From Octopus sinensis (taxonomy: Eukaryota), in the NCBI RefSeq assembly GCF_006345805.1, contig NC_043023.1, forward strand, positions 6,200,001 to 6,264,000: 64,000 bases of DNA. The letters are read 5' to 3'. Shown here piece after piece: positions 1 through 12,527 of the stretch; within the stretch, counting starts at the first letter, position 1; each line of letters opens with the position of its first letter. Position numbers and translations under genes: made by a program. Below the pieces are notes generated by a model. The model ran no database searches and was not told where the DNA came from. It saw nothing but the letters and a program-made list of their open reading frames with translations.

Positions 1-196
1 GGTTAAAAAAAGAAGACAGGTTTATTGGCTGAAGATAACGAGGACATTTGTGAACAGGTTTCTGCTTCAATATGTATCCTCTGCATGGTGTTTGTCCTGA
101 AATATCCCCAGTTCTCAAAAGACTTAGACTTATACAAAAGGGCCAAAGTAATTTACATGATTTAAACAAAAATGAGCTAAGAGAAATTTGCTTGGA

Positions 197-650
197 TTTA
201 TTTCTTTACTACCCACAAGGGGACAAACGGATTAAGTCGATTATATTGACCCCAGTACATAACTGGTACTTATTTAATCAACCCCGAAAGGATGAAAAGC
301 AAAGTTGACCTCGGAGGAATTTGAACTCACAACATAGCGGCAGACGAAATACTGCTAAGCATTTCGCCCGGCGTGCTAACAATTCTGCCAGCTCACTGCC
401 TTTATACAGGTATATCAAATACCTATTTCTTTACTGCCCACAAGGGGCCAAACAGAGAGAGGGCAAATAAGGACAAACAGATTAAGTCGATTATATCGAC
501 TCCAGTATGTAACTGGTACTTAATATATCAACCCCGAAAGGATGAAAGGCAAAGTTGACCTCGGAGGAATTTGAACTCAGAACGTAGTGGCAGACGAAAT
601 ACCACTAAGCATCTCGCCCGGCGCGCTAACGTTTCCGCCAGCTCACATCC
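197..650 (-). mobile_element. Two adjacent SINE family B copies
   Basis: Reverse complement of gagctggcagaaacgttagcacgccggg...gaggtcgactttgcctttcatcc...gggtagtaaagaaata. The second copy is flanked by the near-duplicate caggtata(t/c)caaatac at about 406-421 and 650-665. Confidence 0.85.
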
Positions 651-992
651 AGGTATACCAAATACTAATTAACAAACTTTCGACTTCTTAAACTCACCTC
701 TGCCTCTAGAGGACGTGCCAGGATTACCAAATGGCAATTAAGGGAGGGGGGATAATCTCAAGAACAAAGAATACTCCCAGGAACAAGCTTATTGTTTGGG
801 GGTAAGAGGACAATCTTGGACACATTTCTGCTGGGCCATGGAAATTTGCATGATTTAAACAAAACTGAGCTAAGAGAAATAACAATGGTTGGCCACAATC
901 TCGCAAACTTACTCTCCCACCTGCCCTCTCTAATTCCTGGTCCACTTCAATATATACACCTCCCTGTAACTTGGGTGTGTACCTTGCCACAT

Positions 993-1420
993 CTTCATCA
1001 TCATCATCATTGTTCGACCATGGTCGAGACAATGGAATTTACCATGCTACGCCAGACTTCACGGTCCATCATGGCATTACGGAGGTCCTGTTGCTGGATG
1101 CCTGTATCCCTGGAGATTACATCAGGGTAGGAGAGTGTGCGCCCTCTGGTATTGCGAGTAGATGGCTTCCAGAGGAGAAGAGTAGAAATTACCTCGTTTT
1201 CAGCTCTACAACAATGTCCAGCAAACTGGACTCTCCTACCTTTCACAAGAGATGACACAGGTGGTAGATTCCCATATATTTGCACTTTGGTTGGATGACG
1301 CTTCCACGAGAGATTTTGAGCTTCATAAGGAGGCAAGTGTAGGTTCCTTCCAACTGCCTCTCAAGCTTCTTTGATAACATCCAGGTTTCTGAGCCATCTT
1401 ATCTCTCTCTCTCCAACTGA
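993..1420 (-). mobile_element. RTE-clade LINE 3' fragment (RT C-terminus plus (TGA)n tail)
   Basis: The minus ORF 1007-1336 reads ...VQFAGHCCRAENEVISTLLLWKPS...RGRTLSYPDVISRDTG...DREVWRSMV followed by tgatgatgatg. The same family occurs at 63340-64000. Confidence 0.85.
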
Positions 1421-1499
1421 GGTGTCCATGTATCTCCTCTACTGTGAGACACCTATTTCTGTCCCCCTATTCATACTCTGACTTCTCATCACCTGACAC

Positions 1500-2140
1500 A
1501 AAACCACCTTCCTCAATACTACTCTGCCCCTTGGATGAAGAGTGCTTGTTTTGCAAGTTACTGTGATCTCAAAGCTGTTGCTGCCTCATAAAAAAACCCC
1601 ACAGTACCCTCTGTAAAGTGGTTGACATTAAGAAGGGCATCCAACTGTAGAAACAAACCATGGTAAAGAGGACAGTAGAGCTTGGTCTATTCTTCTGACT
1701 TGCTAGTTCCTGTGAAACCATCCAACTCATACCAGCATGGAAAACGGACATTGAATGATGGTGATACACACACACATCTTCACCATCTTTTCTGTCTCTG
1801 TACTCTTTTCCCACAGGTTTTCCCTCCAAAGCAAATCTCTCAATATCACTCCCTCTCTCAATAGAGGGGCTCTTGTTTTGCAGGTTACTTGATCTCACTG
1901 CTGCCTCATAAAAAAAAAAAAACAGCCAGAACCCACTGTAAAGTGGGTTGTCATTATCAAGGGCATCCAGCCATGGTCGGCCCGAGGCTATATAGTAGAA
2001 GACACTTGCCCAACATTCCACGCAGTGGGACTGAACCCAGAACCATGTGGTACCAAAGCACACAGTAGGGATTGGGGCAGTCTTTTGCAAAACCATCCAA
2101 CCCATGCCAGCATAAAGAATGGACATTAAATGAAGAGGAT
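1500..2140 (+). mobile_element. RTE 3'-UTR-derived repeats (family C), two degenerate copies
   Basis: The motif gtggttggcattaggaagggcatccagctgtagaaa...aacggacattaaatgatga matches the 3' UTR of the RTE at 30728-31380. Confidence 0.7.
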
Positions 2141-3619
2141 GTATTTAGGGGATAACTTATTGTCTTTTCTTTTTTCAAGATTGTAGATATGATTTGAGAG
2201 ACATTTGACTGCTGTTTCTAACACATTTGGTGATAAGTTGTTTAAGTGAAGGACCAATAAAACCTATGATCAAAGTTGTTCCAGATGTGGTGGTAAGTAG
2301 CTTGCTTACAAACCACATAGTTCCAGGTTCAGTCCTACTGCGTGACACCTTGGGCAAGTGTCTTCCATTATAGCCTCAGGCCAACCAAAGCCTTATGAGT
2401 GGATTTGGTAGACGGAAACTGAAAGAAGCCCGTCGTATATATGTATGTGTGTGTATAAGTTTGTGTGTCTGTGTTTGTTCCCCCAACGTCACTTGACAAC
2501 CGATGCTGGTGTGTTTACATCCCCGTAACTTAGAGGTTCAGCAAAAGAGACTGATAGAATAAGTACTAGGCTTACAAAGAATAAGTCCTGGGGTTGATTT
2601 GCTCGACTAAAGGCAGTGCTCCAGCATGGCCACAGTCACATGACAAACAAGTAAAAGAGTATCCCATTTTTCATTCAGGCATAGCATATCAAGGACTACA
2701 TTATCTAATGTATAGTATAGTAAGTATTAGTGGCTATAACTGTTGTTGTTTAGCCCTAGGCCAATCCTGATCCAATGATCAAAGTCGTTTTATTTGTGAC
2801 CAACCTTTCTTATATTCAAACATGGTGTATTTAGAAACAAGTATAATAGCATATAAAGCTGTAGCAGTTTAGCCCCAGGTCAGTTATGATCCAGTAGGCC
2901 TATGATCAAAGGTGTTTCATCAATGACCATCCTGGCATTTCCTTCATTTACGACTACATTACTCTTTTACTTGATTAAGTCATTTGACTGCGGCCATGCT
3001 GGAGCACCGCCTTTAATCGAGCAACTCGACCCTAGGACTTATTCTGTCGGTCTCTTTTGCCGAACCGCTAAGTAAGTAATGGGGACATAAACACACCAGC
3101 ATCGGTTGTCAAGCAATGCTAGAGGGACAAACACACACATGCATATATATATATATATATATATACATACATATACACACACACACACACACATATTCTT
3201 TCAGTTTCCGTCTACCAAATCCACTCACAAGGCTTTGGTTGGCCCTGGGCCATAGCAGAAGACACTTGCCCAAGATGCCACGCAGTGGGACTGAACCCGG
3301 AACCATGTGGTTGCTAGACAAGCTACTTACCACACAGCCATTCCTGCGCCTATAAATTATTCAACATCTAAATTTAATTTAAAATCCAAGATGCAATTTG
3401 AAGGAGATTCAGCTACTATTTCTAGCAGGTTGATCAACCAAGTGGGTTGCTGCTGTTTAGCCCCAGGTCAGGCCTCACAGAGCAGATCTCTGATCAAAGC
3501 TTCATGTTCCATACCTGATCAATAGGACCCACATTACTGAATGCACTTGCTTTTAAGAAAGTGAGGTGTGGTTTATGAGATTTGGCTGTTATCTCTAGAA
3601 TGAAGAATTCCTGTGAGGC

Positions 3620-4375
3620 GATGGGGTTAAAAACGATAGAGATGGTGGTGGGAGTGGCAGACGACAACGAAGCAACTTAGAGGCAATCAGGAAGCAGTAA
3701 GCAATTTGTGTTGTCATTACAGAGGTAACGTGGTGGTGGTAATTGGAGTTGTGGGAAGAGGGATAAAATAGGAATGGCAGCAACCGGAAGTTAGTGAGTA
3801 GCAGGAGGAGAGAGAGCAAATGAACGGAAAGCCGGTATGATAGAGAGAAGAAAGAAGAACGAAGGGAGGAAGACACGAAGGCTGGGAGATAGGGAGAGAT
3901 AGTAAAAGAAATGGGGGAGGAGGGAGAGTAGAGAAGAAAGAGTGAAAGAGGAAAGGTTGAGATGTAGAGAGAGGGAGGAAAATGAAAAAGAGAGGAAGAG
4001 ATAAGGGAAATGTGAGAAAAAGGGAGGGAAAAGAGGAAAGAAAGATAAACGGAGGTAAGGGAGATGAGGAAAAAGAGAGAGAAAAAGAAGTGAAGAAAGA
4101 TGGTAAGACAAAGAGAGAGAAAAAACGAAAGGAGGGGGAAGAGATATAAGGGGAGGTAAGAGAAACTAAAGGAGGTGGTGAGAGAAGTAAAAGAGTAAAG
4201 AGCCAGAAAGAGGGGGAAGAGCTAAGAGGCAAGAGAAAGGATGGAGAATAGAGAAAAGGTGAAGGGGAAGATAAGGAGAGGGGGAAAAAGAAAGAGAAGC
4301 AATAAAAGGAAGGAACAGAGGTAGGAGGCAAGAGAAAGGAAGAGGAGGAAAAAACAATAGCGAAAAGTAAATCTT
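3620..4375 (+). repeat. Polypurine (GA-rich) low-complexity tract
   Basis: Almost exclusively G and A on the plus strand. The ORFs on the minus strand are F/S/L/P low-complexity artefacts. Confidence 0.9.
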
Positions 4376-4708
4376 TCCTTCATGGTACCTGCATCTGGTC
4401 AGGTAGAGAGATGATCATCACAAATGGAAACCCAGTTATTTAGCCCTGAGTCAATCTTCACCATACAGACATAAGCAAATGTGTTACTACTATGACCATC
4501 CACTGTGATGGGGGGGGGGGCAGTACGTAGCATTAAATTAAAGAAGTAGGAACATGTGTGGCTGTGTGGTAAGAAGCTCGCTTCCTAGTCACTTGGTTCT
4601 GGGTTCACTCCCATTGCAGGGCACCTTGGCCAAGCGACTTCTGCTATGGCCTGAGGCTGACTAAAATCTTGTGAGTGGGTTTACTAGACAGATACTGAAA
4701 GAAGCACC

Positions 4709-4746
<38 letters not shown>

Positions 4747-5345
4747 TGTGTATATACACCCAGACCCAGGAGTGAAATTTAGGATTTACTCTTTACTCTT
4801 TTACTTGTTTCAGTCATTTGACTACGGCCATGCCTTTAGTCGAGCAAATCGACCCCAGGACTTATTCTTTGTAAACCTACTACTTATTCTATCGGTCTCT
4901 TGCCAAACAGCTAAGTTACAGAGACGCAATCACACCAGCATCGGTTGTCAAGCGATGTTGGGGAACAAACACAAACACACACACATATATATATACACAT
5001 ATATACGACGGGCTTCTTTCAGTTTCCATCTACCAAATCTACTCACAAGGCTTTGGTCGGCCCGAGGCTCTGGTAGAAGACACTTGCCAAAGGTGCCACG
5101 CAGTGGGACTGAACCCAGAACCATGTGGTTGGTAAGCAAGCTACTTACCACACAGCTACTCCAGCACCTATATTTCTTGGTTTTCTGTGAATCGATTTTG
5201 ATAAAACTTTTCCCAGATGGTCTGCACACTATGGCAACACCATTGTTATGCTTTCATTATTCTGTGTAACGTCCTTTCTTTTTCATTTCAGATTCTTCAG
5301 TTTTTAGGTGAACCAAGCTAATAGCATCTCTCCTCTCTAAGAACA

Positions 5346-6966
5346 ATGGGATGCGGAAAAGGCCTTAACGATGAAGAAAAGTCTGTCGTCATCAGAGAGA
5401 GTGCTAAAGGCACCTCTCTTCAGGTCACTGCGGAGAAAGAAGTTAGATTGTCATGAGGACATGGTTAGATGATTTCTGAAGGACCCTTCGCCAAAGAAGA
5501 AATGATCCGAATGTGGGGCCTCCAAGACTGTGACAGCTAGGGATTTAAGGAATATTGACTGCAAGTTATATGGGAAACCTGGACAAACCATGATGGTCCT
5601 CTGGAGGACATTCATCCTCAGCTCCCTGGATTACTGCTCACAGCTATGGTCACCCAACAGTGTGAAATTAACAGCAGACCTTGAAGCAATCCAGAGAAGA
5701 TTCACAAAGAAGATCGTCTCTTTGCAACAGTTCAGCTACTGGGAAAGGCTGAAACAGCTAAGACTCTACTCCCTGGAGAGAAGGTGGGAGAGGTATGCAG
5801 TTATATACATCTGGAAGATCCTGGAAGGAATTGTGCCAAATTTTGGCACTGAAAGCTACACCAATGCCAGAACAGGACAATACTGCATAGTGCCAAAGAT
5901 CCCAGCAATGCCATCGTGCTTCAGGACCAGTTACTGAAACAGCCTGGGTTTCAAGGGCCCACAGCTTTTTAATATTCTCCCAAAGAGAATGAGAAACCTG
6001 CACAAAGTAGATGTAGGGGTTTTTAAATCAAAGCTGGACCTCTTCCTTCTCAAGAGTCCCAGATGAACCTACATCACGGCAAGAGGTGCAAATGAGGGGA
6101 GCTATATCAAACTCCATTCTTCACCAAGTGGCACATATTAGAGGAGGCTCTCAGAAATAACAGTGTAGCAAAACAGCTGTGCATCAGCAAGGCCACAGCT
6201 CTGAGCTGAAACTACAGAAAAAAAAAAGCCATTTTCACCACCTCTAAACTTCTTCGTGTACAGAAAACCACCAGAAATCGCATCCTCGAGACCATGGCTT
6301 CTGTGCAAGAGCCCCTTTAACTGCCTCCTTTAATACCCCATCAATGGTCTCAAAAGTACATGATGTTAGATATGAGTTGTGTCCTGTTCACTGACAGAAA
6401 CAGGGCAAACCTCGATGGACCTGACTGAGCAAAAAGTTGGGTCTATTTTGGAGATGAGCGTCACTGTTTACAACATCAGCAACAGGGTGGTGGGGTCATG
6501 TGTGTTGGTGTCATTGGGGACAGACTTGTTGGCCCAGTCAGGGTGCCAGAAGGGGTTAAAGTGACTGCAGCCGCCTACTGCAATCTCCTGAAGGTGGTCT
6601 TGGATCCCTGGCTAGATGACATACTGCTGTCACTTCTAAGGAATCTCGTATTCATGCATGACAATGCTCCCTTCCACTCTGCTAGGACCACCCAAACATT
6701 ACTAGGGTCTTACGATATACAAGGTGAAAGGCTGTGGGTGTAGCTGCCAGCATCTCCGGATCCCAAGCCTGTCGAAAATCTTTGGCCCATCATTAAACAA
6801 GACGTTTATGCCGATAGATGCCAATTTACGTCGAAAGATGTCTTATGGGCAACCATCAAAGCTGTAGCTGCAGCAGTCCAACCTGCTACTATTAAGGAAT
6901 TCACAGATTCCATGACTAATAGGGTTTTTGAAGTTATCCTTCGAAATGGCACTCATGCAGCTAAAT
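5346..6966 (+). pseudogene. Decayed Tc1/TRT-type transposase with stops and frameshifts, interrupted by a LINE at 5591-6227
   Basis: Reads MGCGKGLNDEEK...TARDLRNI...PGQT / AIFTT...VLFTD..RANLDGPD...QQGGGVM..LVGPVRVPEGVKVT...FMHDNAPFH...SPDPKPVENLW...QFTSKDVLW. I count 37 residues between the second D and the E. Confidence 0.85.
5591..6227 (+). mobile_element. CR1/L2-group LINE 3' fragment with poly(A) tail
   Basis: Reads FILSSLDYCSQLWSP...LEAIQRRFTKKI...YWERLKQLRLYSLERRWERYAVIYIWKIL, the typical post-RT C-terminus. It ends in an A-run at 6218-6227. Confidence 0.8.
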
Positions 6967-7016
6967 AATTCATTATGTCAATGTTAAAATATTATTATGG
7001 TTTTCTGTTAAATATA

Positions 7017-7809
7017 TTTCTTTACTACCCACAAGGGGCTAAACACAGAGAGGACAAACTAGGACAGACAAACGGATTAAGTCGATTACATCGACCCCAG
7101 TGCGTAACTGGTACTTAATTTATCAACCCCGAAAGGATGAAAGGCAAAGTCGACCTCAGCGGAATTTGAACTCAGAACGTAGCGGCAAACGAAATACCTA
7201 TTTCTTTACTACCCACAAGGGGCTAAACACAGAGAGGACAAACTAGGACAGACAAACTGATTAAGCCGATTATATCGACCTCAGTGTGTAACTGGTACTT
7301 AATTTATCAACCCCGAAAGGATGAAAGGCAAAGTCGACCTCGGCGGAATTTGAACTCAGAACGTAGCGGCAAACGAAATACCTATTTCTTTACTACCCAC
7401 AAGGGGCTAAACACAGAGAGGACAAACTAGGACAGACAAACTGATTAAGCCGATTATATCGACCTCAGTGTGTAACTGGTACTTAATTTATCAACCCCGA
7501 AAGGATGAAAGGCAAAGTCGACCTCGGCGGAATTTGAACTCAGAACGTAGCGGCAAACGAAATACCTATTTCTTTACTACCCACAAGGGGCTAAACACAG
7601 AAAGGACAAACAAGGACAGACAAACGGATTAAGTCGATTACATCGACCCCAGTGCGTAACTGGTACTTAATTTATCAACCCCAAAAGGATGAAAGGCAAA
7701 GTCGACCTCAGTGGAATTTGAACCCAGAACGTAACAGCAGATGAAATACCGCTCAGCATTTCGCCCAGCGCGCTAACGTTTCTGCCAGCTCACCGCCTTT
7801 AAATATATA
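7017..7809 (-). mobile_element. SINE family B tetramer (one head plus four about 180-bp bodies)
   Basis: Four tandem units joined at gaaata|ggtattt. A single flanking duplication tttctgttaaatata lies at 7002-7016 and 7810-7824. Confidence 0.9.
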
Positions 7810-9385
7810 TTTCTGTTAAATATATACTCAATGCATGCTTGATATGTATCTTTACCCTTAATTTCCTAAATATAAATGTCTAGATGGGCTATTTTCATTC
7901 AAAAGCTATCAGTGTGGTTCACCCCAAAAGCTGAAAAATCTAAAATAAAAAAGAAAGGTCATTACACAGAATACCAAAAACATAAAAAGAGTGTTGCCAT
8001 AGTGTGAAAACCAGCTGGGAAAAGCTTTATCAAAGTCAAACCACAGAAAACCAAGACATCTTAAATTTCACTCCTAAGCGTGGTTCTGGGTGTGTGTGTG
8101 TGTGTGTGTGTATATGTATGTGTATATATATATATACACACATACATACACACCAGGCTTCTTTCAGTTTCTGTCAACTGAGCGTGTTTCTCCCCACCTG
8201 GGAGTACAGGGGCCCTGCTGTACTCTTCCACCACAACTTTCTCTCACTCTTTCTTCCTACTTCTGCCACAAAGCAGAGGCACCATGGTGTAACCCACTAT
8301 GGTTTGGTAAACTTTCAGACCCTAGTCTAGATTGCGAATCCTCTATACCCCAGGATGGTTCAGCTCTCCACCCGTTTAAAAGCCACCATTTACGGAATGA
8401 GGATAACAACATAGCTTCATGCCCGTGCAACCATCCTATATGGAATAAATTAATGAATAATAAAAGCGACTAAAAATTTAAGGCAATGAAAGTAAAATAA
8501 TATATATCAGGCATCGCTATGTGGTGAGTAGCTTGCTTACCAACCACATGGTTCCGGGTTCAGTCCCACTGCATGGCACCTTGGGCAAGTGTCTTCTATT
8601 ATAGCCTCGGGCTGACCAAAGCCTTGTGAGTGGATTTGGCAGATGGAAACTGAAATAAGCCCATTACATATATATGTATGTATGTATGCGTGTGTGTTTG
8701 TGTGTCTGTGTTTGTCCCCCCAGCATCGCTTAACAACCGATGTTGGTGTGTTTACATCCCCGTAACTTGGCGGTTCAGAAAAAGAAACCGATAGAATAAG
8801 TCCTGGGGTCGATTTGTTTGACTAAAGACGGTACTCCAGCATGGCCACAGTCAAACATTTCGCCTGGCGTGCTTACGATTCTGCCAGCTCATTGCGATTA
8901 TGTGGTGGATGGATCTTCAAGTTGCCACACGCATTTTAGTAGCTTAAAGTAGGCTCGAATTAGAGATTATTCTTTGTGGCTAATGGCTTGAGTCCTGACT
9001 GGAAGAAGAAGAAGACAGCAGCATTGTCCGAGATATATGAACATTATTTTGGTATGGTCTACAGCAATGGCTCTACAAGTGGTAGTGGAAAATTCCAAGT
9101 TTAACTGGGGTGATAACGAGGAAGCGATTCATGTAAAAAATAATGGGTCCATTAGGTTAAGTTTTACTTATGAAACACAGTTGCTTTGAATTTTTAATTG
9201 AATGAATCAACCCCTGTACTGAGTATTTTCTTTTTTCTTTTAAGCTTGTTATTTATTCTATCAGTCTCTTTAGTCGAACTGCTAAGTTACAGGAATGTCA
9301 ACAAACCAACACCAATTGTCAAGCAGTAGTGGGGGACAAACAGATCCAAACACACACACACACATGATGGGCTTCTTTCAATTTC

Positions 9386-9780
9386 TTATTTCTTTATTGC
9401 CCACAAGGGGACAAACAAGGACAGACAAAGGGATTAAGTTGATTACATCGACCCCAGTGTGCAACTGGTACTTGATTTATCAACCCCAAAAGGATGAAAG
9501 GCGAAGTCGACCTCGGCGGAATTTGAACTCAGAACATAATGGCAGACGAAATACCTATTTCTTTACTACCCACAAGGGGCTAAACACAGAGGGGACAAAC
9601 AAGGACAGACATAGGTATTAAGTCGATTATATCAACTCCAGTGCGTAACTTACTTATTTAATCGACGTTGAAAGGATGAAAGGCAAAGTCGACCTCGGCG
9701 GAATTTGAACTCAGAACATAATGGCAGACAGAGTACCACTAAACATTTTGCTCTGCGAGCTAACGTTTCTGCCAGCTCAC
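9386..9780 (-). mobile_element. SINE family B dimer inserted in a SINE A copy (9230-9935)
   Basis: Two B bodies with the same junction. SINE A sequence resumes on both sides. Confidence 0.8.
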
Positions 9781-10598
9781 TCCTTCTTTCAGTTTCTGCC
9801 TACCAAATCCACTCACAAGGCTTTGGTCAGCCCAAGGATAAAGTAGAAGGCACTTGCCCAGGGTGACACACAGTGGGACTGAACCCAGAACCATGTGGTT
9901 GGGAAGCAAGCTTCTTACCACACTCTTGCGCTTGTATAAAAAATTTTTTTCATATTTTGTGCATTGTAGAAGTATAGCTAATTAATAAATTGGTTATGCT
10001 TCTACAATAAATTTCATCAAAATCTTGTGGACCCTCAAGGACTAATATGAACCCCAACTGAGAACCACTTGTCTAGGATATATCTGTTTGTAACAGCAGC
10101 ATTGTTCAAGAAATGTAGAACTGTGATCTGGACTAAGATGTCACTTAGAATCTCTGACAGTAGCACTGTCCCAGATATGTAAACAGTATTGTAATGTGAT
10201 CATGAAAGGCATAAAGGTCTGTGTTTAAAAGCCACACTATCCCAGCTAAGAGAGCAGTACTATCATGTGGTTTGGGATGTCTATGTGCGTTTATAACAGG
10301 AGGACTGTCCCAGATATATGAGCAATATTGTGATACAGTCCAAGAAATCTGTGTGTTTATAACAGAAATATGTGAGTAGTGTCCCAAATATGTGAGTAGT
10401 GCTGTCAGATATGAAAGCAGTATCGTAATGTCAGTCTAGGATATGAGAGAAAGAGAGGAAGTGCGAGTGTAACAGCAGCACTGTCTCAGATATATGAACA
10501 TCATTGTAATGAGGTTTAAGATGTCAGTGTTCCTAACAGTAGGTGTCCCAGATATGTAAACAATATTGTAATGTAATTATGAAAGTTTGTGTGTTTAA

Positions 10599-11230
10599 CC
10601 CTTTCATTACTGTATTTTTTTGAGATGTTCTGTGTTTCTTTCAATTACTTTAAATATAACAAAGAATTTAGTGAAATAACTTAGTTATCATTCAGCTAGT
10701 GTTAGGAACATAAATTGTGACTAAGGTTTGGTGGAAGATTTTAATTCAATACTTATGAAATCAAGACTAAGATCTGGACTAAAAACTGGTTTCAGCCGGG
10801 TTGGTAACAAAAGGGTTAAGAATTGTTTCTCTATTATATATCTTAACCCTTTTGTTACTGTATTTATTTTGATGGTTCTGTGTTTCTTTCAATTAATTTT
10901 ATATATAACAAAGAATTTAGTAAAATAACTTAGTTATCATTCAGCTGGTGTTAGGAACATAAGTTGTGACTAAGATTTAGTGGAAGACTTTAATTCAGAA
11001 ATTATGGAAACAAGACATTTGTACTCAGAGCCAGGGCCGGTTTCAGCCAGGTTGGTAATGAAAGGGTTAAGAATTGTTTCTCTATTATATATCTTAACCC
11101 TTTCGTTACTGTATTTATTTTGAGATGCTCTGTGTTTCTTTCAATTAATGTTATATATAACAAAGAATTTATTAAAATAACTTAGTTATCATTAAGCTAG
11201 TGTTAAGAACATAAGTTGTGACTAAGGTTT
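10599..11230. mobile_element. piggyBac-like MITE, three tandem copies (10599-10815, 10847-11066, 11098-about 11230 truncated)
   Basis: Ends read TTAA-ccctttc/t...aaaggg-TTAA. TTAA target sites and CCC termini are the piggyBac signature. Confidence 0.8.
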
Positions 11231-11300
11231 GCTGCGTATTTGTATCAGAAGGGCTGTCCCAAATATGAAAGCAGTATCGTAACATTGGTCTAGGATACGA

Positions 11301-11338
<38 letters not shown>

Positions 11339-11785
11339 GTGTGTTTGTAACAACAGTACTGTCCCAGATATATGAACAGCATTGTGATGTGTTTAGGATG
11401 TCTTCCCGTTCCTGACTGCAGGACTGTTCCAGATATGTAAGCAGAACTGTAATATGATCTTGAAAGCCTGCGTGTTTAACAGCAACACTATCCCAGCTAA
11501 GCCAGCAGTACTGCAATGCAGTTTAGGATATTTGTGTGTGTTTGTAACAGCAAGACTTCCCAGATGTGACAGCAGTGTCGTACTGAGGTCAACAACGTCT
11601 ATGTTTAACAGTAATATTGTTCCAGATATATGAGCAGCATTGTGGTATGGTCTACTGGGATATATCTGAGCGTTTGTAACAGGGCTGTCCCAAATATGTG
11701 AGCAGCACTTTAATGAAAGCCGTACCATAATGTAGATATAGGATATGGAGTGGGGGGTGCATGTAACAACAGTACTGTCCCAAAA

Positions 11786-12430
11786 ATTGGGTCACCCCAT
11801 AAATAATACATTTTTTTATACTTCTTTTATCTTTCAAAATTAAGATAAACAAAGTTCTTTTTTAATCTAAAATATACTCTTCTTCATTTTCTACAATCCT
11901 CTTCCATCTATCTGGTAGACTTGCAAGGCCCCTCTTCCAAAATTCACTTGACTATGACAAAAAATACTCCTCCAGTACTGTTCTGACCTCATTTACAGAA
12001 TTCGTATTTTTCCTGTCCAAATGATTTTGAAGACTACAGAATAAATGAGAATACATCAGAAGGGGCAACGTCCAGTGAATATGGTGGGTGGGATATCATT
12101 TCCCATTTAGACTGCTCCAGCCTTTGGAATGTCATCCTCGCTGTATGTGGCTGAGCATTATCCTGATAGAACACCTTTCGCCTTCAAACCAAAGATGGTT
12201 GTTTCTCTGGTGATATGCAGGTGTCAATGAATGGTTGAATGACGAAATTCAAGCTTCTCTGCTAGTTCCTCAACAGTCACAATGGGATTTTGTTCCACTG
12301 GGGTTTGCAGGAGATTCTCGTCAAGTTCTTAAGATACCAAATAGGCTCTTTTGTCACTTCCTTTATAGCTTTCAAAAAATAATTTAACATTGAACTGCAC
12401 TCTTCAAAACTTGAACTAAGAATAAGTACA
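11786..12430 (-). mobile_element. Internally deleted mariner (DD34D) element
   Basis: The minus strand reads ELDENLLQTPVEQNPIVTVEELAEKL (HTH) joined directly to FYQDNAQPHTAR...ISHPPYSLDVAPSD, with 34 residues from D to D. A terminal ttgggtcaccccataa lies at about 11788. Confidence 0.85.
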
Positions 12431-12527
12431 ACATAAAATTACTACCTGTTTTTATAGCAAGTTGATGCAGGTAGTTTATCCTGTCCCCCTCTGACTTTTA
12501 GCTCATGCAACTGAAAAATACACATTA

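Larger units (their letters stand above)
5172..8060 (+). mobile_element. Tc1-like DNA transposon of DD37E (TRT-like) type with about 150-bp TIRs, carrying nested LINE and SINE insertions
   Basis: 5172-5325 (tcttggttttctgtga...cacactatggcaacac...ggtgaacca) is the reverse complement of 7905-8060. A decayed transposase lies between them. Confidence 0.85.

Noticed and set aside
3595-4357. Hydrophobic F/S/L/P ORFs on the minus strand (also 21837-24073)
   Set aside because: They are translations of polypyrimidine tracts, not membrane proteins.
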